From positions 687,233 through 751,232 of the forward strand of contig BDGG01000010.1 of assembly GCA_001949185.1 (NCBI GenBank): 64,000 nucleotides of DNA, in the 5' to 3' direction. Below, in pieces: positions 1-11,947 of the stretch; within the stretch, counting starts at the first letter, position 1, and every line of letters starts with the position of its first letter. The notes beneath the pieces were generated by a model. That model saw only the letters and a list, made by a program, of their open reading frames with translations. It was not told where the DNA came from and searched no databases. The stretch is from Ramazzottius varieornatus. Taxonomy: Eukaryota; Animalia; Tardigrada. Position numbers and translations under genes: made by a program.

Positions 1-1696
1 AACCGGAAGTGACGTCAAAATCTGGGCGGTACACACCTATTGATTTTATCGACCTCACGTATCGTGCGAACTTCAACTTCACATTGTCAAGCAAGGCAAA
101 TCTTTCAGAAATGATATTCTTCGTAAAAGTGGTGGAAGCATAGCGGAGTTTTAAACCATCCACGTTTCAGAAGGAACGCTCACATTTATCATGGTCACAA
201 CGACCAGTCAGTCCTTGGAAACAGAATTTTGTGGGGTTAACATATTCTACGGACCTGCCGACATAACCCGACAAATGTCAAGCTTGAGCAATGAAGTTAG
301 AAAATCTAGGACAAGTAAAGTGCTAGTAAATCAGGGAATGCATTTTCAATATGACGTACCGATGGTGGACTTGAGCCGGCTGATTGTTCAAGAATATCCA
401 GTTCGTAACCTTCCTGAAACACCCCGTGAACATCGGGAAGCAAAGAACGTCCAGTGGCTGAATCTGACCGGCGACTTTAGGTGGTATAGTGATCATTTCA
501 TGTTCCAGTTCTTCCGGTTTGACTCCTTCTACGGTTTCTTGGTCAGAAAACGTCGACAAAGAATCAGCAAGGAATATACAGCGCTGGTTCGTGTGCGGAA
601 AGAAAGAGTAGAGCTCCATGGTAATTTTTCCAGACGTGGAAGCAGTGACATACAGGTTACTAGCTTTGAACATGGACTTTTTCACAAGTCGTCCGAAGAT
701 TTCATTGGGTTCTTGCAGCGTGATGAAGAGAACGGGCAGAAACTTGCGGACACCTGGTGGAACACACATCATAACCGTGTAGCTGTGAGTCATCGAGCTC
801 TGAGACTGTGTGAGTGCTAAAACGTGCTTTGCACCGACGAAATCCGGAGTTCGACCTGGTCTCTTCTCGTACCCGAATCCACTCTGATGCATTATCGATC
901 CACGAGCCTCCTTCTCCAACGTAATTCCTCCAGTCTCTCAGCTGGCGAGTACTGGTGACTTTCCTATACTTGTCCTGCGCACTGGCCAGGCTACGACGCT
1001 TCTTGGAAGAGACATTGGTCCAGTAACCAACAGCACGCTTTTTTTAGGCAAAATCAGCAGCCTGGTTTAGTGCCACTTTCGGATTCGGGATTCGGAGTAC
1101 AAACAGCTCATGGGAAGAAGGCTCTGTTCCGAGTGAAGCAGGTCCGGTAAGGCGACCATTCGGAGTAGATTCGAAGTCTGCTTCGCTATGTCCATGAAAC
1201 AGGTTGGTTACAGCGATAGACTTTTCCAGCTGATCGAACGTCGGCACGCCAATCGGGAGCTCATACTGAAGATCTTCTTCAGTGGCCGATATCGCACTTC
1301 CAGCTTGGTCGAGCTGGACGTCCAAGAAGTCTGTAAGCACAAGACCAAACCTGAGATAAGCTTTAGGCAATCGACATAATTGCCGAAATTTACAGTACTC
1401 GTACCTTTGATGAGTGTCTTTAACATCTTGTCAGATTCGCTCTCAGAGTCGCTCAGTTGGAAATGTTGCTCGTAGTCCGACAGCAGTAGGTTCAAGATGT
1501 TGAGGGCATTAACGGATTCCGTGGCGCTATCGGGAGGAAAAGAAGAGAGGAAAGAGAACTTCGCAGCACAAATGATTAGCTTGTATTCTAAAGCATAGCG
1601 CAACTTTGTCAATCAATAACGAATCAACAACACTGAAACCAAACCCCTTGATTGAATAAACCATGTACCGCCCAGATTTTGACATCACTTCCGGTT
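1..1696 (-). mobile_element. Degenerate Tc5/pogo-like (DDE_1) DNA transposon with terminal inverted repeats; left end probably truncated by the window edge
   Basis: Bases 1-33 (aaccggaagtgacgtcaaaatctgggcggtaca) are the reverse complement of 1664-1696 with 1 mismatch. ORF 323..919(-) has HSYTVM..LFITLQEP..FG, ASTSGK and IPPKVAGQIQPLDV, resembling DDE_1/Tc5 transposases. It is followed by in-frame stops and a Cys-rich tail (NPTKFCF..RCDHDKC). Confidence 0.8.
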
Positions 1697-2044
1697 CCTG
1701 TAGTGTCTTCCAGAATTTCATTGCGCAAGCTACGCCTGTTTCAAACGATAGAACAGACTCTTCTCCATCAGTCTATCATGTCAGAATATTTCAGAAAGGT
1801 GGAGGACAAGCATAATCCCCTCGTTAATGGGCCGAAACCTGTAATCGGGTCTTTTTGTAAATGCGAGCCCGGCATGCAAACCTCGAACCTGAGCTGATCG
1901 TTCTTCCAAGTGGCGCAAGCTTTCAGCTCTTGTCACCGAGGATGTGCGCCACTCAGCAAAACGATCTGGTCGAGTATGTTTGCCGAGCTCTCAAACTTCG
2001 TTTTATATTAAAAGTTGGTGACTTTTTGTGGGTTATTGTTTCAG

Positions 2045-2395
2045 GTGCGCGTTTCGGTCGAGGTCAAGACGGAACTGCTCCGCGGTTTCGACCTGTCCTA
2101 CATTGAGCTTCAGTTTCTGCAGAAAGCTGTGGATACTCTGAAGCAATGCCGCCGGACGCCGATGAACACCTACGCGTTTGCTTTCTACGCCAAGAAGAAC
2201 CATCAACAAGCAAGATTCGAGGTCAACCAGAGCGACCTGGAGACTGCAACTGAAACATTGTCAAAACAGCTGGAAGCCGAAGGAGAGACTGTGGCGGACA
2301 TCAAGCAGAAGTTCCAGGACCAAGCCAACTACTGCGAGAGTCGAAGGAAGGTTTTGGTGGAACATGTCCATGAATGGTACGAGAAAGAATGGTAG
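2045..2395 (+). CDS. Terminal exon of an ariadne (ARIH1-like) RBR E3 ligase, Ariadne domain; partial gene or pseudogene
   Basis: Acceptor ttgtttcag ends at 2044. SYIELQFLQKAVDTL..TYAFAFY.KKN.Q...FE.NQ.DLE.ATE.LS..IKQK.QD...YCESRRKVLVEHVHE matches the ARIH1 C-terminus. TAG at 2393 lies 4 codons before the next stop (TGA). Confidence 0.75.
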   Translation: MRVSVEVKTELLRGFDLSYIELQFLQKAVDTLKQCRRTPMNTYAFAFYAKKNHQQARFEVNQSDLETATETLSKQLEAEGETVADIKQKFQDQANYCESRRKVLVEHVHEWYEKEW

Positions 2396-2841
2396 GAATT
2401 CAGTTGAATGTTACTCTACTTTCGTGTGATGCCCAAATAATTATGGCTTCTTCGTTCTACCATCAGCTGGTATTTCCTACTTCCAAAAGGCTTTCGTCGT
2501 GTAAGTACGTTAGCTCCTGATCCTTCGATACTCATTCCTGACGGCACACTTGACTCGTTCTTTTCAATTTCGTCTTGTCAAGCTCCAGGTTCACACACAC
2601 GTTCACGTTTAATAGTTTTGAAATCCGGGAAATTCTTCCTTCACCAAGTAATATGGACAAAATATTGCACGGCGAAGTTGCGAATTGGCCGTTGGGGACC
2701 AAGCTCGACAATATCTGCGTAAAGAGTTTCTTCCGAGTGGCGCACGCTTCAAGCCAATAAGATTGATGATATGCGCCACTTTGGAAACAGAAGTGGCGCA
2801 TCTTGTCGAGGTTGCTTCAGACTCTTCCAACTCTTCCAAGT

Positions 2842-4881
2842 TCAGAGCTTCCAACTGCCGCTGTGCTGGTGGTGGCTGTGATTCTCTTCTGATTCCGGTT
2901 GCCACAAGTTGTCAGCACAAGGTTTCGTCGCGATTAGCTGTCCTCGCTGCGGGAGAACTCGAAGAATATCTCTCAAGGTACGGTGCTTACCGAACTCCTC
3001 GCCTTCATCCATGGTCTCAGGCAGTAGCTGGTTCGCTGTTTCAGGTAGCAGCAACGTGGCGAACCCACCAAGGATAGCCAAGACGGCAAAAGCCACCAAG
3101 GGCAACCATGGATAGTGCTTCGCCACCGACGTGATCAACGGGCAGACACACAACCCAAGCGTCGACACAGTCTGCGCCAAGAACCCACCAGATCCTCTAA
3201 CGACCGTGGGAAAGATCTCCGAAGCGATCAGATCCGTCACGAAGAACGAGATGGTAATGGCGAATTTTGATATGAGAAAGAGAACAATGGTTGTTTTCTG
3301 ATGCGTGAGAGGCGTCAGCGCGGCTGCAATGCAAAAAATGCCTCCGATCTCGAGTGAGATCATCAGAGTTCCTCGTCGACCAAGTGGGTTGAGAGTGAAG
3401 TACAGGAGGAAGTAGGAGGGAAGTTCGACTAGAGCTGCTAGCAGGAAACCCACATAGTCGTCACCGCCCAAGTATGGCACGAAGAAGTTCATGCCGTTGT
3501 AGACGGCGAACCCGCTAAATGTGATGAAGACGATCAGGATGGAGTTCTTTCGTAAGTTGGGCGTCCGGAACAGGTCGACCAAAGTATATTTCCTGAAAAA
3601 CGGAATGGGTGCTGTGCAAACAAGACAAAGGAAAATGTCATCTAAAGTGACGCACGTTTCCATTGTTTCGACTGGAAGGGTGCGCCACTCAAGCCGACTA
3701 CTTGAACGGTTTGTTTTGGCCGCCTTCCATTGTAAGATTCAGTCTTGAAATTCAGGTCTTTAAGTACGGGCTCACCTGGTTGTAGCTTCTAGATCCACCG
3801 ACGCTTCGATTTTACTTCTCAGGATTTCCAAATAGTTTTCCGGAAGGTCGGGCTTGTTCATCTTGATAATTCTTCTAACGATAGCCAACATCTCGTCAGT
3901 CCTCCCACGCGCCATCAACCACCGCGGCGATTCTGGAAGCAACCACCAGTCTGCTATGAAGAACGTGAAAGGAAGCGTTACTGCCAGCTGGAACTCGAAC
4001 CAGGGTCGGACAAAGTATGCCACCACAGCGACTCCGACAACGCCCAGCGAGTAAAAAAATGATATGGTGGTGCCGACAGCCGCGCGCTTCGACGGACCGA
4101 CGAGCTCAAGACCCATGATCAGCGGAATCAAGTAAACTGGGATGACGGTGAGTCCGCTGATGAAGCGAGCAATGCAGAAGAACGTGAAGTTTGGTGAGAA
4201 GGCAGTAGCGATACCACTAGCAAGTTGGATAATCGCAGCGAGGAAGAATGCTTTCTTGCGACCGATCCTGTCGGAAAGGAAACCGAAAAGCAGACAACCG
4301 AGAAGGGTTCCCACTGTGTTGATGAAGAGCGACCATGTCGGGAAGTCTTCTTTGTCGCAGATGAGGTTCCAATCCATGACGAGGGTAGACTGGTAGACAG
4401 AGCGATCGTACTCCCAACCACTGGTGCAGGGGACTGTCGGGAAAGTGGCGTTTTGGAAGTGTTCGGCGTTTTCTAGTTTGTTGGACTGTTGAAGATGCCG
4501 GTAAGTGGGGCTGTCGAGCCTGTCGAGATCGTACATGGAGCAGCGACTATGAGTAATGTTTCCGGTTTCAGCGTTTCTCACGTTTGGAATCCACCAGCGA
4601 TTACTGCTTTGGTTGTTCGGTAAAATTGTGTGGAGCTCGGAGATGTTGAAGGAGGGCGGAAGTCGACACCAGTAGTCACCGGGAACCCCAACGGTAAAAA
4701 TCTGTAATTAGAGTTACGATGGTATCGGGACAGTTTTCTCAAATGAGGATCCTCGTAATACCTGGGAAAATCCATGGAAGCCACCGGGAAGCGTCGCTGG
4801 AAGGACCACAAAGACGAGAAGGAGCTTCTGATACCGCCCGAATTGACCTACCTCGAGTAAAATCTCGTCGAAATCGATCAT
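2842..4881 (-). CDS. SLC22-family organic cation transporter (Orct-like), 3 exons
   Basis: Start MIDFDEILLEVGQFGRYQK at 4881. Exons approx. 4881-4762, 4701-3776, 3592-2842. Motifs: C..GWEYD, WNLICD, SDRIGRK, ELVGPSKR, PESPRWL, SEIFPTVVR, LLPET. Confidence 0.92.
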
Positions 4882-5512
4882 AGCTTCTGCGATTTTGTGT
4901 CCACTAACTACAGATGGAACGGTTCGCCAAAGTTGATGTTGGCTCTGCTCACATTAGGAATGCTAGTTTTGGGCTGTTTTTCCACGAGCTCTTCGAAGAA
5001 TAGAATTTATGCAACAAAAACCGGAAATGCGGCATAGTCGCGCCACAGTTGATGCGCATAAATTTGGCCATTCTCTTCTTTCTAATTTCCGTTTACACTT
5101 TAACTGGCTGTCTTCGGCTGTACAGCTCGCAGTGAGCTCAGCGGACAACGGTTTGTTTTGCATGATCAGTCAGGTCGGAGAAAATTTGCGAGCTCGAGAA
5201 CGGAAGGACCCGGAGGTGTCGCATCCGAAGTAGCCCCTGACGTCACAGCAGCCTAACGTCATGCGTACCGATGTCATCCGGTTGTCCAACAGTCTAACTG
5301 TAGCAGCTGTAGCAGCTAACGCGATTAATTATTCTCCTTCTTCCAGCTCCAGTTTGTTTCACCTTGCATTGCTCCACCATGCCTTACCTTTCCCGGATAT
5401 CGTACATTGCCATAGGATTGACCGTGATCTGGATGTGGGACGTGGGAAAGTATTTGGGTGAGCGGATGACTACTGCATGTACCGTATGGTGCTCTGAGTA
5501 ACTGTTCCTGTC

Positions 5513-6875
5513 ATGTATGTCATGCTTGCAGTGCTGGCCACAAGCCACGATGTTGTGAAGATGCGCGTTATCGTGGATCCCGTTTCCCTCTCCCAAGCCA
5601 ACCATGCCGCAGCCGCCGTGAGAGAAGATGAGGATGAGGAGGCGGACAACGGGGAGCCTATCACTGTGCGCGTTGAACCAGCCAGCTTCTCCGGTCCAGA
5701 GCACTTCCGGTCGCTTGATGGTCAGTGCTTCCAGTTTGACGATGAGAAGTAAATTAGTTCACTTCATCCTTGAGAGTTATGGCGCAGTACAGACTACGGC
5801 CTACGACCTGAAACTGCGTTTTGTGTTTAGGTTCGAGTACAAGCTGTGCCCATTTCAGAATGCTACCCAGAAAGAAAACAATGGCAGAAGGCGCACCACT
5901 TCAATTGGGTAGGTCGAAGTACGGTACTTCATTTCCGTGATTCCGCAGCGGCGCCGCAACGGCGCAACTGCAGAGTCCAGAACAACGGTCTTTCATACCG
6001 CCGATGGCCTTTGCCAAGGTGTTCTGCGACCATTATCGATCTTTTGCAGAGTATGGCATGATTGGATTGTGAAGAACGAAAGTTTCGCTGGATGGCGCTT
6101 CCTGAACGGGAAACCATGCGATGCAGAAACCGTTCGTCAAACAATCGTATGTACCTCTTTCTCGAAATGCATAATTTCCAGTTGCATGCGGGTTTTTTAT
6201 GGCTGGACATCGTACGGAAGAGGCTTGATTAGGGCAATGTCTGTCATCAGGTTGATTTCGAATGCGGAAGTGTTCCGCTGATTTGGGAGGTCGCGGAACC
6301 CGCTCGTTGTCACTACCACTTGACATTCAAACTCCCGCAAGCATGCTACACCGATCCGCTGCTGGTTTATCCCATACTTCCACAAGAGCTGCGAACTCGA
6401 TGGGATATGCTGGAGAAAGAATACTTGGACGGCGAGATCACCGACAAGGTATTCCTTGAGATACTTCTGACGTGGACGGACCTGCGTACAGTTCTTTTTG
6501 TATCTTTGCGGTGTTTTTTCAAGGGTTACGATGTGCGATTGTCGGAGATTCTGGGCGACGCAAACCTTGTGCGGTTGGAAGCTGCATTAGCCGCTCCTAC
6601 AACGGACCCTTCTTCGCAGTTTACTACGTTGCGAAATGTCGCCACTTCCGGTGTGGTTAGTGAAGCTGTGTCTTCCGTTAACGATGGGCCTTCTGGCGGA
6701 AGTCGCTTTCAAAGTGTGGATCAATGTCAGAAGGTGTGTAATGAAACTACTTCACGATGTACCTCCCGTTTTTGATGGCATGCTTAGCTTCCTTCGACAG
6801 GAATTCCGTGATCTGGAGGAGAAGTATCGTCGCTTGAAAGAGTTCTGTCCTGCTGCAGGTCAGGTGCTCGGGTGA
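5513..6875 (+). CDS. GNPTG: N-acetylglucosamine-1-phosphotransferase gamma subunit (MRH/PRKCSH domain), about 6 exons
   Basis: Spliced product reads SGPEHFRSLDGQCF..FEYKLCPFQNATQKE..GVWHDW..NGKPC..ECG..VAEPARCHYHLTFKLPQAC..LLVYPILPQELRTRWD..EITDKGY, collinear with GNPTG. Confidence 0.85.
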
Positions 6876-7539
6876 TTTACGGGTCCTCAGAGCATTGCGT
6901 GCTCTTTTCAGTATATTTTAAGACGATTCATTGGTTCCTGACGTAAGGTGATTTAGCTTTCGCTGTGATAAAGATGACACCACATGTTAAAAGAAATCTG
7001 GAAACTGGCTAGTCGGTTTTACTGTCGTACTTCCGGTCTTTTGCCTTTTGTATATCCGGTGAGGCCAGCTCTCTCATTTTTTTTTATTTGGTCCTCCAAG
7101 TTTTTTAAATGTGTACGCTCTGAAGAATACACACTACAGTGCATCTTGATGGGACACGGCGTAATATGAATGCTATACGAACTGGAGAGGAGGAAGGAAG
7201 GAGGAAGAAAAATGCTGCACAAAATCAATGCGAGACTTCCAGGCTTAACTTAGAGACTCCCATGTCGTACACGAGACGGTACTGCCAGAGTGATACTCTG
7301 GTACTGCTCACCACGAGCATCCGCTGCTAACGGTTGGTTGGCGATGCCCTGTTTTCGGTTTACGGTAGTTGATTGAGTTGATCAGCTCTCAAGTCTCAAC
7401 CTCAATACTCGTACAACTTTTTGACTTTTCTACTTTTCCAGCCATTTTCCATTTCTGTCATTCTGTTGCTGTCTCTGGTTCAGCCGGTTGGGACGTTGGG
7501 TGTTACACCACATCAGGAGCGGACATCTGTACTAGGAGA

Positions 7540-9221
7540 ATGGCGATCAATGGACATAAACGCGACGGAGATGTGCTCGACGATGGCGGCTACGACGAGG
7601 ATTTCCCACAGTTCAAGAAGCCTCGGAATGAGCTCGTCGTCGCAGAAGATACTGCTGCCAGAGAACGCAAGATGGCCGTAGCTGTAAGTGTCCGTTGTAA
7701 CTCACATGGTGGAGAGTTTAAATCGTGAGCCATATACGTTGCTTTATAGGGAATACCGAGAACGTCCAGCATGCAAGCGCCAATCATGCTCCTGACAGGC
7801 CACGGTGGAGAAATATTCTGCTGTAAATTCCACCCAGATGGTTCAGCTTTGGCTTCCGCTGGATTTGACAGACAGATCTGTAAGACATTTCGGTGTTTTC
7901 ATCTCGTGTTATAGCCTGCATGGAGAATATCCTGCGAATTATTTCAGACCTGTGGAATGTGTTTGGAGAGTGCGAAAATTATGCCATTCTACCCGGACAT
8001 ACTGGGGCTATCCTGGACCTCCACTTTACCAGAGACGGAAGGTACAGTCTGACGTAGAAAATTTTGCTCATATCTCTTGTGGTAGAAACAGGAAACCTCG
8101 AAAAATGTTGACAGACGTCATCAGATTGAATGATCAATTGGGATTTGGGATTCAAAATTGCAGTCCTTTTGATGAGGCACATAGATACTCTGCAGTTTTC
8201 TGCAAGTTATCCTGCTAATTGTAAGCTTTTTCCATCGATCTGCTCAGAAAACTGGATCTTTGTTTTGCAGAAAGATCATCACCTCGTCGACGGACAAGAC
8301 CATCGGTGTTTTTGATTTCATGACCGGTGCCCGCATAAAGCGCATCAAAGGCCACAAGCAGATCGTCAATTCAGCCTGCACAAGTCCTAACGCTGGACCA
8401 GACATGATCTGTAGCGCGAGTGACGACGGAAAAGTCATGATGTGGGACCTCCGGACACGGAACTTTGTTAAATCCTTTGAATCAAAGTATCCTGTCCTCT
8501 CCTGCTGCTTCAACGGAGTCACGGACGTTATCGTTTCCGGTGGCGTCGACAACAACCTCAAAGTAAATTCCCCAAAAGCATGACCACCTTCATACTCACC
8601 TATTTTGTGCACCAAGCATCTATCGTAGTTTCTTCTCTCTTTTCCAGGTATGGGATCTCAAAAACGACCAGCTCCATTACTCGCTAGTTGGACACAGCGA
8701 CTCCGTTACGGGCATCGCGTTGGATCCAACGGGCTCTTACGTCCTCTCGAATTCTATGGATAATACTGGTACATCCTATTCTTCCGTTCGCTGGGCATTA
8801 GTTACGATCGTGGTTTATTTTGTAGCGAGGATTTGGGACATTAGGCCTTTCGCGCCTCCGCAGAGGTGTACGAGACTGTTCAGTGGCCACCAGCACAACT
8901 TTGAGAAGAACCTTCTCAGGTGTGCCTGGTCGAAAGACGGAAGTAGGGTAGCATGTGGCTCCGGTGACCGTTTCGTGTACATCTGGGAGACGGTCTCAGC
9001 GAAAATCGAGTATAAGCTACCTGGACACAATGGATCGGTCAATGATGTCTGCTTCCATCCTAGAGAACCCATCGGTAAGCTCACTGTTGATAAGTTATTT
9101 TTTGTAAACATCGTCGTAAAATCATAATAATATCTGCGAAGGTTAAAACAAATGTTTCTTTACAGTGGCATCAGCTTCGAGCGACAGGCAAATTTACTTG
9201 GGCGAAATCGAACTGAGCTGA
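7540..9221 (+). CDS. SNRNP40: U5 snRNP 40 kDa WD40 protein
   Basis: PRTSSMQAPIMLLTGHGGEIFCCKFHPDG, VLSNSMDNT, RIWDIRPFAP, HNFEKNLLRCAWSKDG, YKLPGHNGSVNDVCFHPREPI, ASSDRQIYLGEI; short GT-AG introns. Confidence 0.95.
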
Positions 9222-9327
9222 AAGAACTTCACAGTTTAAAGAAAGACCAACTAAAAATGTTAGACATGTTATCTTGTTTGTAACGTTGTTGATTGACCGA
9301 TATTTTCTGCTTTTTTTGGACTGCTGG

Positions 9328-11330
9328 TTAGAAGCTTTGGTTTCCAACGTGTGGGAATTGTATCCTTTGCTTGTTCCCGAACAGCGTAACTTGCGCTTGG
9401 GACTGAAATTCGTCGATATTGACATAACAGCCCTGAAATCAGTATGTTTATTTTTACCGACATTCTGATGAGCATTTCGAAAGCCTCGCGGCATCTTTTA
9501 GCACCTGCAGATGTCGAACTCCTTCCGAGACGGTAAAAGCGTTGCGACCATGCAGCCACGTTCTGTTGTTGAAGATGATGAGATCGCCCGGCCTCATTAA
9601 GAAGCTTTTCTTCGTGGGTGAAGCGTCAATCAACGAGGCAAGTTTCCGGTAGGCGTCGTAATACCTTTCCACGTTGCCCTAAAGGAAAATCCAATACATT
9701 TACGAAGAGAGAAAATTTGTATGGAGTACTGTGCATATGTGAATGTTATACCTCGGAAGCGAAGAAAGGTCCTTCGAACTGTGGTGCCCAGAAGAAGCCC
9801 GTTATTTCCCTTTTATCGTTGATCACGATGTGGGGTCTTCGGTACCGCATGTGGACAGGCCATTCTCTCTCATAGTGGATCTTCTCGAAAGTGACTGGAG
9901 TGCTGCAGAGTACGTTGAACTCTGCCGGGAACTTGTACCGCATTTTTTCAGCGACGTCGAACCCGTCGATCAAAATGCTCTCCCCACCTTGAACACTCTC
10001 ATCAAACCTACAATACAAACATAACGAAGATTTGCTTCGGTTATGCGGTCTAAGTGGAAAAAAGCATGGGGTTACTTTAAACAGTGAAGAAGCTGTAAAC
10101 CAGGTGGAGATTCGTAATAAACCAGGTCCATGTGCGGCTTCAGTTCGGCATTGCTATAAGCGACGTTGATCGGCTTGTCTGTCGACATCACATCAAAAAC
10201 CTATCAAGTATGAAAGTCTCAACTGAAAAATGTTGAAAGATGATTGGGAGCTAGCCAAAAAAACCTTGACGAGATCGCTTTTTGAAGTTGCGCACACTTT
10301 CGGACAATGAGACTGGAAGCGTGCGCCACTGGGGAATGCAGTCCCGTCTGCCGAGCTATCAATTTACAACCAACGGCAATCTTCGTAACGTCTACAATTT
10401 CTGTGAAGCATTTACCTCGCCGTAAATGGTCCGTTGGACTGGCAGATTGAATACATCTTGGACGAACTTCTTGACCGTTCCAGGAGTCGTAGGGAGGCCG
10501 TGGACCTTGATGTGCCCTTCTTTTAGGATAGCTTCATACAGGTGGCGAACGTATTCAGATTTCTCGAGCTCCTTGTAATCAATCACAGACATCCCGATTG
10601 AGTGGCTCTGCAATCAACGAGTATCCGCGAGGTCTAAGCATACTCGCACTTCGAAGTTGTCGCAGGAAACATTCAGCGCAAGAAAAGTCACCTTTTTGAG
10701 CGATAGTTCGCTCTTGTCTTCCTTCTCAAGTTTGTGTAGGTGGTTCTCCACGAGCCATTTCAAGTTTATTCGTCCTTTATGGTTGTCAGTCCATTCTAAA
10801 ACCACACAGTCTCCTGGAAAACGAAACAGTTGGTGTTCATACAATAATACCAGGAGGAAGTAGATTTTGTTCATATTGGGACTACGTACTGTACCTTCTA
10901 TAAAAGCATCTAACAAAGTGATGTTGCCGGGAATTTTAGAAGGGTCCAGGATGCGTTGGTTGGAAAAGGGCTGACGGCATTCCGCGCACTGACAGTGAAA
11001 TCGAAGCCATTGGTGTGGATCTGCGGATGGTAGAAGCGCTTGGAGCTAACAAGCATATAGGAGTTATAGCGATCTGACTCCAAACTTACAAGAGTAATTG
11101 TGGCCTCCATCTGGCCATCCAGCGTACCAGGCCAACTTCAGACTTCGCTCTTCAAACAGCTGTACCTCCGGGACTTTGTTAGCCTCTGTTTTTGGGATGT
11201 TCGTTGTTGCTCGCGACCAGCTTCTCATCGGTGTTCCACCGCAGAATCTGCGCAGGCGTTTCGTCCGTAAAAGTCTTGAGCATGCGCTGGCAACGTCGCT
11301 CCTCCGGATGGCCGGCGAAATGATGTCCAT
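9328..11330 (-). CDS. Gamma-butyrobetaine dioxygenase-like Fe(II)/2-oxoglutarate dioxygenase (BBOX1/TMLHE superfamily)
   Basis: Arg-rich N-terminus, Zn-site WLRFHCQCAEC, WTDNHKG, HMDLVYYESPPGLQLLHC (HxD), GGESILIDGF, PGDLIIFNNRTWLHGRNAF, RHLQGCYVNIDEF. Stop TAA at 9328-9330. Confidence 0.85.
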
Positions 11331-11947
11331 GGTCGAGACAGCAAACTAGCACAAAGAGGGGCCAAGGCAGGTATAAGCTCACCCACACTTTCATAATCTC
11401 AGCATCCAAGGTCCACTAAAACGGCATACTGCTGAGTCAAACAACGTTCTCGATGAAACACTGCCGGAAGCTTGCCGGAAGTCGAAAGAACAAAGTCCGG
11501 GTTTTTCGAACTCACGCAGTCGCGCACTGGCCGTCGTTGGCCATCTCGTCGCCTCGCTCTGTCTGATCCTCTGAGTGATCAACCATTGTCAATCAATCGG
11601 TAGCCGTTTCCTGTTCCCTTTGGTCGATTGATTCGTATTGATTGACCCGAAGGCTTCCCCCTGCTGACTGCAGTTTTCGCTTTTCGGTTCATTCCAGATT
11701 TTCTCGCTTACAGTACTTTTCTCGATCCCGATGATGTCCTCCTAGTCGTGGATCTTAGAATCACTCCTGCTAGTTAGATAAACCGGTGATGGACTGCTGA
11801 CTGTGGATTCCTCGGACGAAGGTAGAAAAGACAGAGGCTCCATTGGATGCAGGGCCACACACCCACGGATCACTCCGACTTTGAAGGAGAATCGGATATC
11901 TCGGTTTTCCAGCTCACTTATCTTCTACTGCCCGTACTCCTGCTGAC

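Noticed and set aside
3-17. CCGGAAGTGACGTCA, resembling an ETS-CRE composite promoter motif
   Set aside because: It lies within the transposon TIR (mirrored at about 1680-1694), so it is not evidence of a host promoter.
191-820. 209-aa plus-strand ORF
   Set aside because: Antisense shadow of the transposase remnant with no recognisable motif.
2842-11330. SLC22 plus BBOX-like gene as a carnitine gene cluster
   Set aside because: Two unrelated genes lie between them, and neither substrate can be established from sequence.
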